A DNA stretch of 61,927 nt, filler included. It is 8 parts of 8 records of this genome, joined end to end, with 100 filler letters (N's around TTAATTAATTAA, not from the genome) between each part and the next. Parts side by side here need not be neighbours in the genome. Positions count along the whole stretch, not along the records: positions 18,329 to 30,968 come from SRR31147125_1405; positions 31,069 to 36,967 come from SRR31147125_1422; 6 more parts are not named here. One strand, 5' to 3'. Position 1 is the first letter of the stretch, and every line of letters starts with the position of its first letter. Both the position numbers and the translations under genes were made by a program. The notes beneath the pieces were generated by a model. That model was not told the DNA's origin. It saw only the letters and a program-made list of their open reading frames with translations, and did no database searches. Shown here in pieces: positions 25,217-34,888 of this stretch.

Positions 25217-25913
25217 AAGTAAACAAAACAAACAATATAAACGATGGATAAAGCTGAAAACAAAGAAATATCGTGATACTTATGATATGTTTTTAGTATA
25301 TGGCAGACATTTAATTGATCATGCAAAAGCTGCGGATGCATGTATGGATGTTGTGACGTCTAATCCGGATAAAGAAGGAATTCAAATATCTAGAGCTTTG
25401 ATGAAAAATCTCCAGGTCACACCTTCATGGATAGATGAAATTGGTGTTTGTAAAAAAACTAATCAACCGATGTCATCAAACCGCATACTCATGCTCGATG
25501 ATGTACAAGATCCTCAAAATGTTGGTGCTTTACTACGATCGGCAGCTGCATTTGGATTTAATCATGTGATATTAAGTCCACATTGTGCGGATTTATATAA
25601 TGAAAAAACTATTCGTGCATCAAAAGGTGCGATATTTAATTGTTATGTAGAAAGAAAACCACTACCATATGCTATTCAAGATTTTAAGACAAAAGGATTT
25701 CGCATCATTGCAGCTGATGCACATGCAAGTAAATCTGAAAACATACAAAATGATCAATTAGTTCTTATCTTAGGAAACGAAGGCCATGGATTAAGCGATG
25801 ATATCTTATCACTGATTGACCAAAGCGTAACTATTGAAACAAAACACGTAGAAAGCTTAAATGTGAGTGTCGCAGGTTCAATTTTAATGTATACATGGAG
25901 GGATTTGACATGA
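25206..25913 (+). CDS. TrmH/SpoU-family RNA methyltransferase
   Basis: LDDVQDPQNVGALLRSAAAFG, LGNEGHG, ESLNVSVAGSI. Confidence 0.92.
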   Translation: MLIESKQNKQYKRWIKLKTKKYRDTYDMFLVYGRHLIDHAKAADACMDVVTSNPDKEGIQISRALMKNLQVTPSWIDEIGVCKKTNQPMSSNRILMLDDVQDPQNVGALLRSAAAFGFNHVILSPHCADLYNEKTIRASKGAIFNCYVERKPLPYAIQDFKTKGFRIIAADAHASKSENIQNDQLVLILGNEGHGLSDDILSLIDQSVTIETKHVESLNVSVAGSILMYTWRDLT

Positions 25914-26811
25914 AAGCGAAAATAACAGGGTTTTTAGACCATGATAAAAGTTTATCAAAAGAACAACAAATCGAATTAGCTAAAAGACATCATCTTGATA
26001 CGTTATGTTTAAGATTTACAAATAAAAAAGATATTTTTGAAGTCGATGATAAAATGGTAAAATCTTTAATAGATATGTTCAAGACTAACCGTATTAAAAT
26101 CAGTATCATTGATCCTGAAATAAAGCCTTATAAAATCGATCATAAAAATCATCATGATGAAGCAATCGATCAATTTAAATATGCTCTAAAAATCGCTTCA
26201 AAATTTAAAGCGACACACATTTATTTAAGACTACCATTATTTCATTCTGTCATTGATGAATATCCAATTATTGAAAAGAAGTTAAACGATTATGTCGATC
26301 TTGCGAATAGAGCAAATAAAAAAATCATCATCGTACCGACTGATGATTATAAAATGAATACATATACTTATATATTTAAAAAATATAAATCAAATGTATT
26401 AACTGTTTTATTTGATCCTGTACATGTCATGATGCAAAAACAATCAGCAACCACGACGTATCGGTTACTAAAAAAACATATCGCAGCATTTGCATGTCAT
26501 GATGCGAATCATGAAGCTATACCTAAATTATTAGGCTATGGTAAAGCTGATGTGATTGCATTGTTTAAAAAACTCATGAGAGATAATTATAAGAGTTTCT
26601 TACTCGTTGACAATCAGTTTTACAAAGAAATATTCGAAGAAGCACCTGAACCTAAAGGGTTTTCAAGTGGTTTAACAAATCAAGAAAAAGAAAACAATCA
26701 ACACAAGAAGAAATTTCTAAAATCATTTTTCCAAATGAAGAAACAAAAAATGCCACCTATGATGACATTTTAGATAATCAAATAAAACTATTGCATATGT
26801 TATTTAAATAA
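25910..26811 (+). CDS. Xylose-isomerase-like / AP endonuclease 2 TIM-barrel protein; probable frameshift near 26660 extends the true C-terminus to 26811
   Basis: LFDPVH, ACHDA, LLGYGKADV..LFKKLMRDNYKSFL. The alternative frame after GGGTTTT gives a plausible tail ending in TAA at 26811. Confidence 0.55.
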
Positions 26812-26812
26812 A

Positions 26813-27397
26813 TTATGCTTCAGAGGATTCTTCCTCATCGACAAATTCAAATGCAGGTTTAGCATTTGGAATTGATGGGAACAGTTTTGATGTATACATA
26901 ATACCATTAATATGATCATATTCATGTTGGAAGACAATACCAATATAGCCATCTAATTCAAGCTTAACAGGAATAAGTTCATCAGTTTGATCTAAATAGG
27001 CAAGTGCTTCGATAGTCACTGAATCATATCTTGGTGTCACACCTTCTGTTTCACGGTCAACACTTAAACATCCTTCACCGCCTGGTAAATATATAAGTGC
27101 ACTAGATTTTTTAGTAATGACTGGATTGACTAGCGCATATGAATATAATACACCATCGAAATCTTCGACGTGTACGGCAAACATACGTTTAGAAATATTT
27201 ATTTGTGGTGCAGCGATACCAACAGCTGGTCTAAAATCGTATTTTTCTAACATATCTGGATTTTGTGAATTCTTCACATAATCAAGTAAATCTTTTAAAG
27301 TTTTTTTATCATTTTTACTTAAAGGAAGTTTAACTTCTTTAGCAACAGTTGTTAAAGTTTTATGTCCTTCCTTAATAACATTTTTCATTGTAATCAT
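26813..27397 (-). CDS. def: Peptide deformylase
   Basis: GIAAPQ, EGCLS, QHEYDH. Confidence 0.96.
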   Translation of the reverse strand: MITMKNVIKEGHKTLTTVAKEVKLPLSKNDKKTLKDLLDYVKNSQNPDMLEKYDFRPAVGIAAPQINISKRMFAVHVEDFDGVLYSYALVNPVITKKSSALIYLPGGEGCLSVDRETEGVTPRYDSVTIEALAYLDQTDELIPVKLELDGYIGIVFQHEYDHINGIMYTSKLFPSIPNAKPAFEFVDEEESSEA

Positions 27398-27439
27398 TAT
27401 TAACACCTCACCCTATATTATAGCACAAAAGGAGTTTTT

Positions 27440-28126
27440 ATGCGTATTGATAAATTTTTATCAGTATTAAAATATACAACAAGAAGACAAGTTAAAAAAT
27501 ATTTAAAAACGCACCAAGTGATCTATTTGAATCAACGCATTCTAGATGCTTCATTTGATATAAACCCTGAAGATGATATATATATTGACAAAGAAAAAGT
27601 ATACTATAAATCATCAATACATGTGATGATACATAAACCAAGAGGATATATTTGTTCTAAAAAAGATGAATTATATCCAAGTGTTTTAAATCTTTTAAAA
27701 GAACCATACAGCAGATTTGATTTCCATATAGCAGGTCGTCTTGATGTTGATACCACTGGCATATTAATCTTATCAACTGATGGCGCATTCATCCATACAT
27801 TAACACATCCTAAAAAACACATGAATAAAGTGTATGAAGCCGTATTAAATAAACCATTTGTTCATGAAAAACAATTAAGAGAAGGTGTCTATGTTTTTGA
27901 TGATCAAAAGCGTGAGTATTTTGCAAAAGCATTAAATGTTCTTGCGGATGGAAATAAAGTGGACATAACCATTGATGAAGGTAAATATCATCAAGTAAAG
28001 CGCATGTTTTTAGCACTTGATTATAAAGTGTTACAATTAAAGAGAAAAAGTATAGGTCACCTACATTTAAAAAACTTAAATGAAGGTGAATATATTGAAA
28101 TAGAAAAGGAAGATGTTTATGACTGA
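27440..28126 (+). CDS. rsuA: 16S rRNA pseudouridine synthase RsuA family
   Basis: MRIDKFL S4 domain, HKPRGY, AGRLDVDTTG, EGKYHQVKRMF. Confidence 0.9.
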   Translation: MRIDKFLSVLKYTTRRQVKKYLKTHQVIYLNQRILDASFDINPEDDIYIDKEKVYYKSSIHVMIHKPRGYICSKKDELYPSVLNLLKEPYSRFDFHIAGRLDVDTTGILILSTDGAFIHTLTHPKKHMNKVYEAVLNKPFVHEKQLREGVYVFDDQKREYFAKALNVLADGNKVDITIDEGKYHQVKRMFLALDYKVLQLKRKSIGHLHLKNLNEGEYIEIEKEDVYD

Positions 28127-28511
28127 GATTGTGATGCAAGCATATGAAGTTGCAGATGAAATCATCAAAGATGAAAGATTTCAACGTATTGCAAAACTTA
28201 ACAAATTAATCGATCAATTATACCCAAATGAAATCAAAGCATTTGAAGAAGCGAAAATACTATATGATGATGTGATGCAAACAGGTGGTAAATATCATCC
28301 TGATTTCAAAAAAACCACATTATTACTTAGTGAGACAAAAGCAAAACTATACAATCAAAAAGAAGTGATAGAATATAGACAACTAGAACGTGAATTTGAG
28401 CAAGACATCAATGCATTTATATTTGAGTTCACATCAAAAGTGTCAGATCATATTCCAAGTCCAAATGCTTTTGGATTAGTTAAAAAAGGAGGCAGTTGTC
28501 ATGTTGGCTGA
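28113..28511 (+). CDS. ylbF: YlbF/RicF-family regulator
   Basis: YHPDFK and KVSDHIPSPN..GGSC C-terminus; precedes a YlbG-like gene. Confidence 0.7.
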   Translation: MFMTEIVMQAYEVADEIIKDERFQRIAKLNKLIDQLYPNEIKAFEEAKILYDDVMQTGGKYHPDFKKTTLLLSETKAKLYNQKEVIEYRQLEREFEQDINAFIFEFTSKVSDHIPSPNAFGLVKKGGSCHVG

Positions 28512-28728
28512 AAGAGCGGGATTTGTTGTATTTTTCCGAGGTAAACATATGTCAGAAAAATTAAAAACATTACCAGTGAATGTTGTATTTCAATCAGACA
28601 AATCAAAATATATTGTATTTTATGCAGATAAAAAAGAAGAACAAAATCTTAGAAAACAATTAAAAAAAATTAAAGGTTACAAAGGATTTGTGCCTTCGCA
28701 TTTGTTTGATGAAACAAGAAATTTTTAA
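28501..28728 (+). CDS. YlbG / DUF2129-family protein
   Basis: ERAGFVVFF..SDKSKYIVFY..LKKIKGYKGFVPSH; ylbF-ylbG synteny. Confidence 0.6.
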   Translation: MLAERAGFVVFFRGKHMSEKLKTLPVNVVFQSDKSKYIVFYADKKEEQNLRKQLKKIKGYKGFVPSHLFDETRNF

Positions 28729-28745
28729 GTGTTAAGGAAAAATAC

Positions 28746-28773
28746 TTGACAGATGTAAAAAACCATGTATAAT
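28746..28773 (+). promoter_or_regulatory. Consensus sigma-A promoter of the rpsP operon
   Basis: TTGACA-16 nt-TATAAT. Confidence 0.85.
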
Positions 28774-28812
28774 AGTCATGGAATATGAAATAGAAAGAGA
28801 GTGTTATATATT

Positions 28813-29052
28813 ATGGTAAAAATTCGTTTACAACGTTTTGGTTCAAATAAAAAACCATTCTACAGAGTAGTAGCAAGTGAATCAACAAGAGCAAGAGATG
28901 GAAAATTCTTAGAAATCATTGGTACATACGATCCTTTAAGAGGCGAAGTTAAAATCGATGGTGAAAAAGCTCAAAAATGGATGGGTAATGGTGCTCAACC
29001 AACGGAAACTGTAAGAAGTTTATTTAAAAAATACAACGTATTAAGCAAATAA
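28813..29052 (+). CDS. rpsP: 30S ribosomal protein S16
   Basis: [38 protein letters not shown]. Confidence 0.97.
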   Translation: MVKIRLQRFGSNKKPFYRVVASESTRARDGKFLEIIGTYDPLRGEVKIDGEKAQKWMGNGAQPTETVRSLFKKYNVLSK

Positions 29053-29069
29053 TTAAAGGGGTAATTCAT

Positions 29070-29318
29070 ATGGCGGTAGATTTTGAAAAATTAATCAAAA
29101 ATATGATTGTGCCATTAGTCGTTAACCCGGATGATGTTTTAGTTAAGATTTTATCTTCTGATGAAGATACAATCAACATTCAACTTCTAGTGAATGAAGC
29201 TGATTTAGGACGTGTGATTGGCAAAGGCGGTAAAATTGCAAGTGCAATGAGAACAATCGTTTATGCTGGTGCTTCAAAAGAACACAAACGTGTCCACATC
29301 GATATTGATTCATTTTAA
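29070..29318 (+). CDS. khpA: KH-domain RNA-binding protein KhpA
   Basis: DLGRVIGKGGKIASAMRT; located between rpsP and rimM. Confidence 0.9.
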   Translation: MAVDFEKLIKNMIVPLVVNPDDVLVKILSSDEDTINIQLLVNEADLGRVIGKGGKIASAMRTIVYAGASKEHKRVHIDIDSF

Positions 29319-29806
29319 TGCGTATGTATCAAATTGGAAAAATCGTTAATACTCATGGTATTAAAGGTGAGGTACATATTTATAATTTAAGTGACTTCAA
29401 TCGTTTTCGTGCTAATGAAACAATTTATGTAGAATTAAATGATCGATCATACAAACCTTTTTTGATCACACAGGTAAGGCCACATAAGAAAGTACTTATC
29501 GTCAAGTTTGATGGGTTTGATAACATCAATGATGTCTTACCATACAAAGGTTTATTTGTGTATGCAAATGAAAAAAGTAGTGATATGGAAGATGATGAAT
29601 TTTATTATGATGAATTAATTAAAAAAGATGTTTTTTTAGAAAATGGTGAAAAAGTTGGTTTTGTGATTAGTGTTGTTGAGGTTCCTCAAGGACATTTATT
29701 AGAAATTAAAACACCAGAGAAAAAAACATTAATTCCTTTTCGTAAGGAGTTTATCATTTCAGTCAATGATGTCATCGTCATTAAAGATATTGAGGGATTA
29801 TTATGA
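29318..29806 (+). CDS. rimM: Ribosome maturation factor RimM
   Basis: IGKIVNTHGIKGEV, EFYYDELI, LIPF, IEGLL. Confidence 0.95.
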   Translation: MRMYQIGKIVNTHGIKGEVHIYNLSDFNRFRANETIYVELNDRSYKPFLITQVRPHKKVLIVKFDGFDNINDVLPYKGLFVYANEKSSDMEDDEFYYDELIKKDVFLENGEKVGFVISVVEVPQGHLLEIKTPEKKTLIPFRKEFIISVNDVIVIKDIEGLL

Positions 29807-30588
29807 TTATAGATATAGTCACGATATTTCCTGAGTTTTTCGATGCGTTTATACATACATCAATTATGAAACGAGCACAAGCATCAGGGTTGGTTACCAT
29901 TAGATGTCATCAACTCAGAGATTATAGTGGACGTAAGCATCACTATATTGATGACACACCATATGGTGGTGGTGCAGGTATGTTAATGCAATTTCCACCA
30001 TTTTACAAAGTGATTCAAAAATTAAAGACAAAAGATTCTAAAGTGATATTATTATCACCACAAGGACAAGTCTTTAATCAGAAAAAAGCCATTGAACTTT
30101 CAAGTGAAGCAAAACATTTAATTTTGTTATGTGGACATTATGAAGGTATTGATGCAAGAGTATTATCATTTGTTGATGAAGAAATATCAATAGGCAATTA
30201 TGTTTTAACAGGTGGAGAGATACCAGCCATGATCATTAGTGATGCTGTGGTGCGTTTAATTCCTGGAGTTATTGATGAATTGTCTAGAGATACAGATAGC
30301 TTACAACAAGGATGGTTGAAATATCCTCAATATACGAAACCTGATACGTATGAAGGATATAAAGTACCTGATATTTTAAAGTCTGGTCATCATAAAAATA
30401 TTGAAGATTGGCGTTTAGAACAAAGTATAAAAACAACATATGAAAAACGTCCGGATTTAATTAAACATATGAATTTAACTGAACAAGAGATTAAAATATT
30501 AGATAAAATTAAAAAAGTAACAACAAATAGTTATCATAATACGTATAAACATGATGTAAGTTGCATCTTATGCATAACTTTGTTATAA
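29803..30588 (+). CDS. trmD: tRNA (guanine-N1)-methyltransferase; C-terminal tail may be extended by a homopolymer error near 30515
   Basis: [42 protein letters not shown]. Confidence 0.97.
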   Translation: MIIDIVTIFPEFFDAFIHTSIMKRAQASGLVTIRCHQLRDYSGRKHHYIDDTPYGGGAGMLMQFPPFYKVIQKLKTKDSKVILLSPQGQVFNQKKAIELSSEAKHLILLCGHYEGIDARVLSFVDEEISIGNYVLTGGEIPAMIISDAVVRLIPGVIDELSRDTDSLQQGWLKYPQYTKPDTYEGYKVPDILKSGHHKNIEDWRLEQSIKTTYEKRPDLIKHMNLTEQEIKILDKIKKVTTNSYHNTYKHDVSCILCITLL

Positions 30589-30589
30589 T
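30561..30589 (+). promoter_or_regulatory. Promoter of rplS
   Basis: TTGCAT-17 nt-TATAAT with extended TG. Confidence 0.7.
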
Positions 30590-30609
30590 AAAAAAGCCGA
30601 ATTTAAACA

Positions 30610-30640
30610 CAATGGTCCGCTGTATAAACAAGAACATTGG
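30610..30640 (+). ncRNA. Ribosomal protein L19 leader
   Basis: CAATGGTCCGCT-GTATAAAC-AAGAACATTG hairpin with the CCGCT/AAGA internal loop, immediately 5' of rplS. Confidence 0.8.
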
Positions 30641-30662
30641 AAGGAAAGAAAGTGAGTCTATT

Positions 30663-30968
30663 ATGTCAAAACTAAAAGGGCAAGCGTTAATCGCAGAGAT
30701 AACAAAAGGTTATCTAAAAGAAGTTCCTTCATTCAATGCAGGAGACACAGTTAAAGTCTACGTTAAAATCGTTGAAGGTAACCGTGAACGTCTTCAGTTA
30801 TTTGAAGGTCTTGTTATTAAAAAACAAGGTGGCGGAGTTTCTGAAACATTTACAGTACGTAAAGTTTCTTATGGTATTGGAGTAGAGCGTACTTTCCCAC
30901 TACATTCACCAGCAATCGATCATATCGATGTTGCACGTAGAGGTAAAGTAAGAAGAGCTAAATTACAT
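30663..30968 (+). CDS. rplS: 50S ribosomal protein L19, 3'-partial
   Basis: [51 protein letters not shown]. Confidence 0.97.
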
Positions 30969-31068
30969 NNNNNNNNNNNNNNNNNNNNNNNNNNNNNNNN
31001 NNNNNNNNNNNNTTAATTAATTAANNNNNNNNNNNNNNNNNNNNNNNNNNNNNNNNNNNNNNNNNNNN
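30969..31068. other. Artificial contig spacer
   Basis: N44-TTAATTAATTAA-N44. Confidence 0.99.
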
Positions 31069-31335
31069 GAAATGTGCGAAAGATACTGTACGTTATCTCG
31101 CTGCAAATCAACGATGCTGAAGCACAAAAAGCCCCACTGGGTGTGGAATGTGGAATAGGATGTGACAATGATCCGAAGAGATTCAGGAAGAATAATCGTG
31201 TTTTTCTTGTGAAATGAAGCAATGGCCTTTTGTTTTCACCATAAACTCCAGTCAGATATCGCTAATTTTATTCTTATTAATCTTTTAAAAAAGAAGCATC
31301 TCCGACCTTTCTGCTGCATAGGACGCCTGGTGGAT

Positions 31336-32195
31336 CTAGATGGTAGGGCCGTCTTCAATGAAAGCTTCAAATCGCCGTTCCAAATTGAACAGAGGTAAGA
31401 CATCAAAGAATCTGTTTTGGTACTTTAGTTTCCCTTTTGGACTAATTGCGATTGTGATATCCGCAACGGGAGGGCCATACTTGTACGTGGCCACAAGTGC
31501 CTCATCGTCTCCCATGTATCCTATGTGCCAAGGCTTCGAGTATTCCCTGATCACCGGGCGTATTCTTTCCCAAATACTAGAAAGCTCTTCTTTCGAGTAT
31601 AGTTTTCTTTCAAACCATATCGGCAACCTGTAAATATAGTCAAAAGACTGCATGTAGTTTCGTGACTTCGGCAGGCCTATTGTTTTCAAGAATTCCTTTT
31701 TGTTTTGAGCGTATTCTTGCATTTCAAGACCGGGGAAAGCTAAAGAAACTCTAACTCCTAGAGATTTTACTTTTTGGACCAAGGGAGCATAGTCAGCATC
31801 CATAGCTACTAACAGTATCTCTGCGACCTTTCCAGAAAAAGCAAGGGACAGCATATCTACTGTCAGTTTTATGTCCACGCCTTTCGAATTCTGCCTTTGT
31901 TTTCTTTTTTAATAAGAAAGGTTTCTCCAATGCCCCACGATTGTAGCTGCTCTCGTATTCTTTCACCTTTTTCTATATCGCCAACATAGCTGCCATAGTA
32001 GTACTTGCGAAGCAGCTTAGAAGTGTTCATGAAGAATCTGAAATCATATTTAGAAGACCAAAAATTATCCTCAGAAACAGCCTCCTTTACGCCAGGTCTT
32101 AGAAAGGCTCCATTGAGAAGCAATTCAATAGATTTCATTCTGGCAGAAAGGTTTTCTCCATCAATGAATATTGCGAAAGGACGATCATGATACAT
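31336..32195 (-). CDS. NYN (LabA/DUF88, PIN-fold) domain protein, frameshift near 31890 joining two ORFs
   Basis: AIFIDGENL, KYYYGS, (S)KGVDIKLTVDML, LLVAMDADYAPLVQKVKSLGVRV: the full NYN acidic active-site set. Confidence 0.85.
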
Positions 32196-32227
32196 TTTTA
32201 TGCCCTTTGATTGAAATTTACAATTTT

Positions 32228-33504
32228 TTACGTGGCTGATTCTTTACTAGGGCCTTTAGACTGGCTCTCGCCTTTGTGAACAATATCCTTCACATATTCT
32301 CCATTTGGAAGTCTGGTACCTTTGCAATCCTTCGTTGTTTCTATGAAATTATCCACTGATAAGCCGATCGCTGCGCTCAGATCAGCGCTGCGAATAACTG
32401 TTCCTTGAAAAATGGTGCCTTCTACGTGTGCACCGTGCAAATATGCACTATCCATGTAGGAGTTTGTGAAATTGCACCCGGACAAGATGTTCTTTCGCAT
32501 AATGGCAGATATTAGGACCGATTTAGAAAAGTCGATTCCTGAATAGTCGCCAGAAAAATTTGTGTGTGCCAATACTTTCCCAACAAAGCTAACCACCGTA
32601 TCCTTTCGAGCGGTCCAGAAACTCTGACCTATCGAACGAATGATCGCTTTACAAGAGTCGAATGTGAATGGAAGCGCTTTTCCTCGTGGCGGTGGAAAAT
32701 CTAAGGTGAATTTTTCGTCGAGGGGGTGTTTGACAACCATCGAAACACCGCCGTGCGAAGACTCCTTTAAGGTTCTGTGTCCAGTTGCGTCTCTTGATAC
32801 TTCCTCGAAGTGGAGAACATCAGAAAGAAAATAGAGTCTTCTTTCAAGGTGGTCAGAAAAAGAGAAAGAATATGCTCCTGTAGAGTTGGAAATCTACGGG
32901 CAATTCGCTCCAACCCTGATACCGACTTGGTTGCTACCTTGTCATCATCGGAGAATAGGCCATTCTCATAACTATCTAATTTGCCAAAAGCATCCAATAG
33001 GACCGTTTCATTTGAGGTTTTAAGGTCAAGGTCCTTTGACGTCTTTCTCCAATACCAAGTAACTAATACAGATGGTAGAGCAACTAGTGCCGATAAGAGG
33101 TACCATGGTGGGTTCTTTTCAAATATTGCTTTCCAATTTGGATCTTTTGCAATCTTATAATTGAAGAATGCAATTGCTAAAGCAAGTAAAAGAATCCCGA
33201 CCAATACAGAAAAGATAATGGTTGCGCCGGGATGGTTGAGGAGCATGTCATGAAGAAAATTCTTAGAATAATCGTAACCATTCTTTTCACTTTTCTTTTT
33301 TGCTATGTGCTGAAAAAGGAAAAGCAGTGGGAGGAAAGTGAAACCAGCGACACAAAGGCCTGCCTGCCAGGGTGGATACGAGACCAATGATGAAACTCCT
33401 AAGAAAACGGAGCAGAACGTACCTGCGCAAGACGAAATGCAGAACGCCTTCAAGCCCTGAAAAGACGAGCTTTTCCAGCTGTCTTCTGAAAACCATTGTT
33501 TCAT
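32228..33504 (-). CDS. Membrane protein with C-terminal pentapeptide repeats; probable frameshift near 32825 joining ORFs 32767..33531 and 32228..32740
   Basis: About four TM helices, WYWR..SGLERIARRFP, then repeats (TNFSG, IDFSK, CNFTN, AYLHG, ADLSA). The downstream frame is open back to about 32825. Confidence 0.65.
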
Positions 33505-33627
33505 AGATAAACAAAATAGGCCAAAAAACAAGGCTAGTAAAGCACAAACTACGCTGCCCGAACCAGTGTCGGTACTAATCTAAAATGTCTTCTGAGAGCA
33601 GCAAAAATGCTGCCGAAGGAGGCGAAC

Positions 33628-33753
33628 ATGAAGTGGTACTGGATAGCCTTGCTCATCTTTGCCGCCGTTTTTGGCGGGATTCCCGGCTCTGTAGCGCTGG
33701 CAAGGAAGATCAAGGACAAGGCCGCGGCCAGCAAAGCCGCTGCGGGGGCTTAG
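33628..33753 (+). CDS. 41-aa single-TM protein with basic/Ala-rich tail (putative virion membrane protein; not in the ORF track)
   Basis: AAGGAGG RBS, then MKWYWIALLIFAAVFGGIPGSVALARKIKDKAAASKAAAGA*; stops 3 nt before the next ATG. Confidence 0.8.
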   Translation: MKWYWIALLIFAAVFGGIPGSVALARKIKDKAAASKAAAGA

Positions 33754-33756
33754 ACT

Positions 33757-34884
33757 ATGTTTTTGAACAGAGACCAAGTCAACGTTCTCAACGAAACAGG
33801 AATTTCTGTAACTGACCCCTTCGAGGCAAAGTTTGGAACCATCCCTGAGCGCCCGAGCAGCCTTTACGCCTACGCGTACGCGATTCTCTTCACCGTGAGC
33901 TTCACGGTCACGGAGACCGGAACCTTCGCCTTGCTCGCGAAGTACGCGTGGCAAGTGCTTCAGAGCGTGTATCTGAAGTACAATAGGCACACCCGCTGCA
34001 ACAACCTCTCGGGGCTGAACATCTTGCAGTTTGCTGTTCAGGGGGACGAGATATGGTCTCCCAACATCATCTCCAAGTACATTCAGACCTCCACCATTAC
34101 CACCGGCTCGGGAGACACAGAGGTCACCATGAAGATCCTCTACCCGCTCGCTCCGGGAATGGTGAAGGAGAGCCATGATCCGTTCAGCGGCCTGATCCCG
34201 TTGACCGAGTTCAAGACCTCCGGAGAGCTGAAGACATCGGTGAAGCCGGCGAACGCGATCATCGGAGGTGACGCAACCAACGGTTGGGGGATCACGGCCG
34301 CCGGTACGAACCTGCGAATCGATCTCCTCACGGTCAACCTTCCCTACGCGGTGGAGCACGTGTACTTCACGGAGACGATCCGCAAGTCCGGGGAAGGCGA
34401 GCTTGCCCTCGCCGGCAACGGTGAACGGCTCGTGAGCTGTCTGCTTCTGACCGACGACGGAGACGCCGACGTTTCCATGCCGGACGCCTTGAGCCTCTGG
34501 TTGAAGGACGACTGCCGGATCGCAGGGAGAAGCGGAGCCCAGCTCGAGACGCAAGCCAACATTCGGCGCATGGACGGGATCAACGATCTTCTGCCGAAGG
34601 TGGTTCCTCTTGTGACCCTCGCAGACAGGGAGTTAAACGAGTGCCTCGCGGTCTACGAGGACGGCAAGATCGTCGACCCCGTGGGTAACGATCAAGGGCA
34701 GTACAAGCAACTGATCCGGTACTCCCAGCGAATCAGCCGCAACGCTCAGAAGGCAATCCTCCAGCGCCAGAAGGTGGACCCCAAGGTGATCGATGCATAC
34801 CTCGACGCCATGGACACCACCCTGAGGACGGACGCGGCGGAGATCGTCGGACAGTCCACGGTTGCACTGAAACCGGCGGTGTGA
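33757..34884 (+). CDS. Candidate double-jelly-roll major capsid protein (STIV/PM2/PRD1-lineage-like)
   Basis: 375 aa, no TM or signal peptide, beta-rich. Two related segments: VLQSVYLKYNRHTRCNNLSGLNI (about aa 67-89) and DALSLWLKDDCRIAGRSGAQLE (about aa 243-264). Basic C-terminal helix. Resembles the STIV capsid sequence as recalled from memory. Confidence 0.6.
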   Translation: MFLNRDQVNVLNETGISVTDPFEAKFGTIPERPSSLYAYAYAILFTVSFTVTETGTFALLAKYAWQVLQSVYLKYNRHTRCNNLSGLNILQFAVQGDEIWSPNIISKYIQTSTITTGSGDTEVTMKILYPLAPGMVKESHDPFSGLIPLTEFKTSGELKTSVKPANAIIGGDATNGWGITAAGTNLRIDLLTVNLPYAVEHVYFTETIRKSGEGELALAGNGERLVSCLLLTDDGDADVSMPDALSLWLKDDCRIAGRSGAQLETQANIRRMDGINDLLPKVVPLVTLADRELNECLAVYEDGKIVDPVGNDQGQYKQLIRYSQRISRNAQKAILQRQKVDPKVIDAYLDAMDTTLRTDAAEIVGQSTVALKPAV

Positions 34885-34888
34885 AGCC

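Noticed and set aside
28113-28511. RicT (contig 1) and YlbF/RicF (contig 3) as one Ric complex
   Set aside because: They are on different contigs from different phyla.
18329-30968. Genetic code 4 in the Mollicute-like contig
   Set aside because: Trp is encoded by TGG, and TGA terminates pgk at its normal C-terminus.
32228-32740. Pentapeptide protein as a Qnr/MfpA quinolone-resistance gene
   Set aside because: It has few irregular repeats, is apparently fused to a membrane domain, and is on a different contig from the gyrase genes.
33481-33595. 9-bp direct repeat GTCTTCTGA at 33481 and 33587 as att or operator site
   Set aside because: Short, one copy lies inside a CDS, and there is no integrase; compatible with chance.
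33628-33753. 41-aa protein as an inovirus major coat protein
   Set aside because: It has a hydrophobic core and basic tail but no acidic N-terminus, no Zot-like gene is visible, and the next gene looks like an icosahedral capsid.
33580-34554. 324-aa minus-strand ORF and other antisense ORFs in 33549-36790
   Set aside because: Shadow ORFs of a high-GC coding strand; the plus-strand genes have RBSs, translational coupling and GC3 bias.
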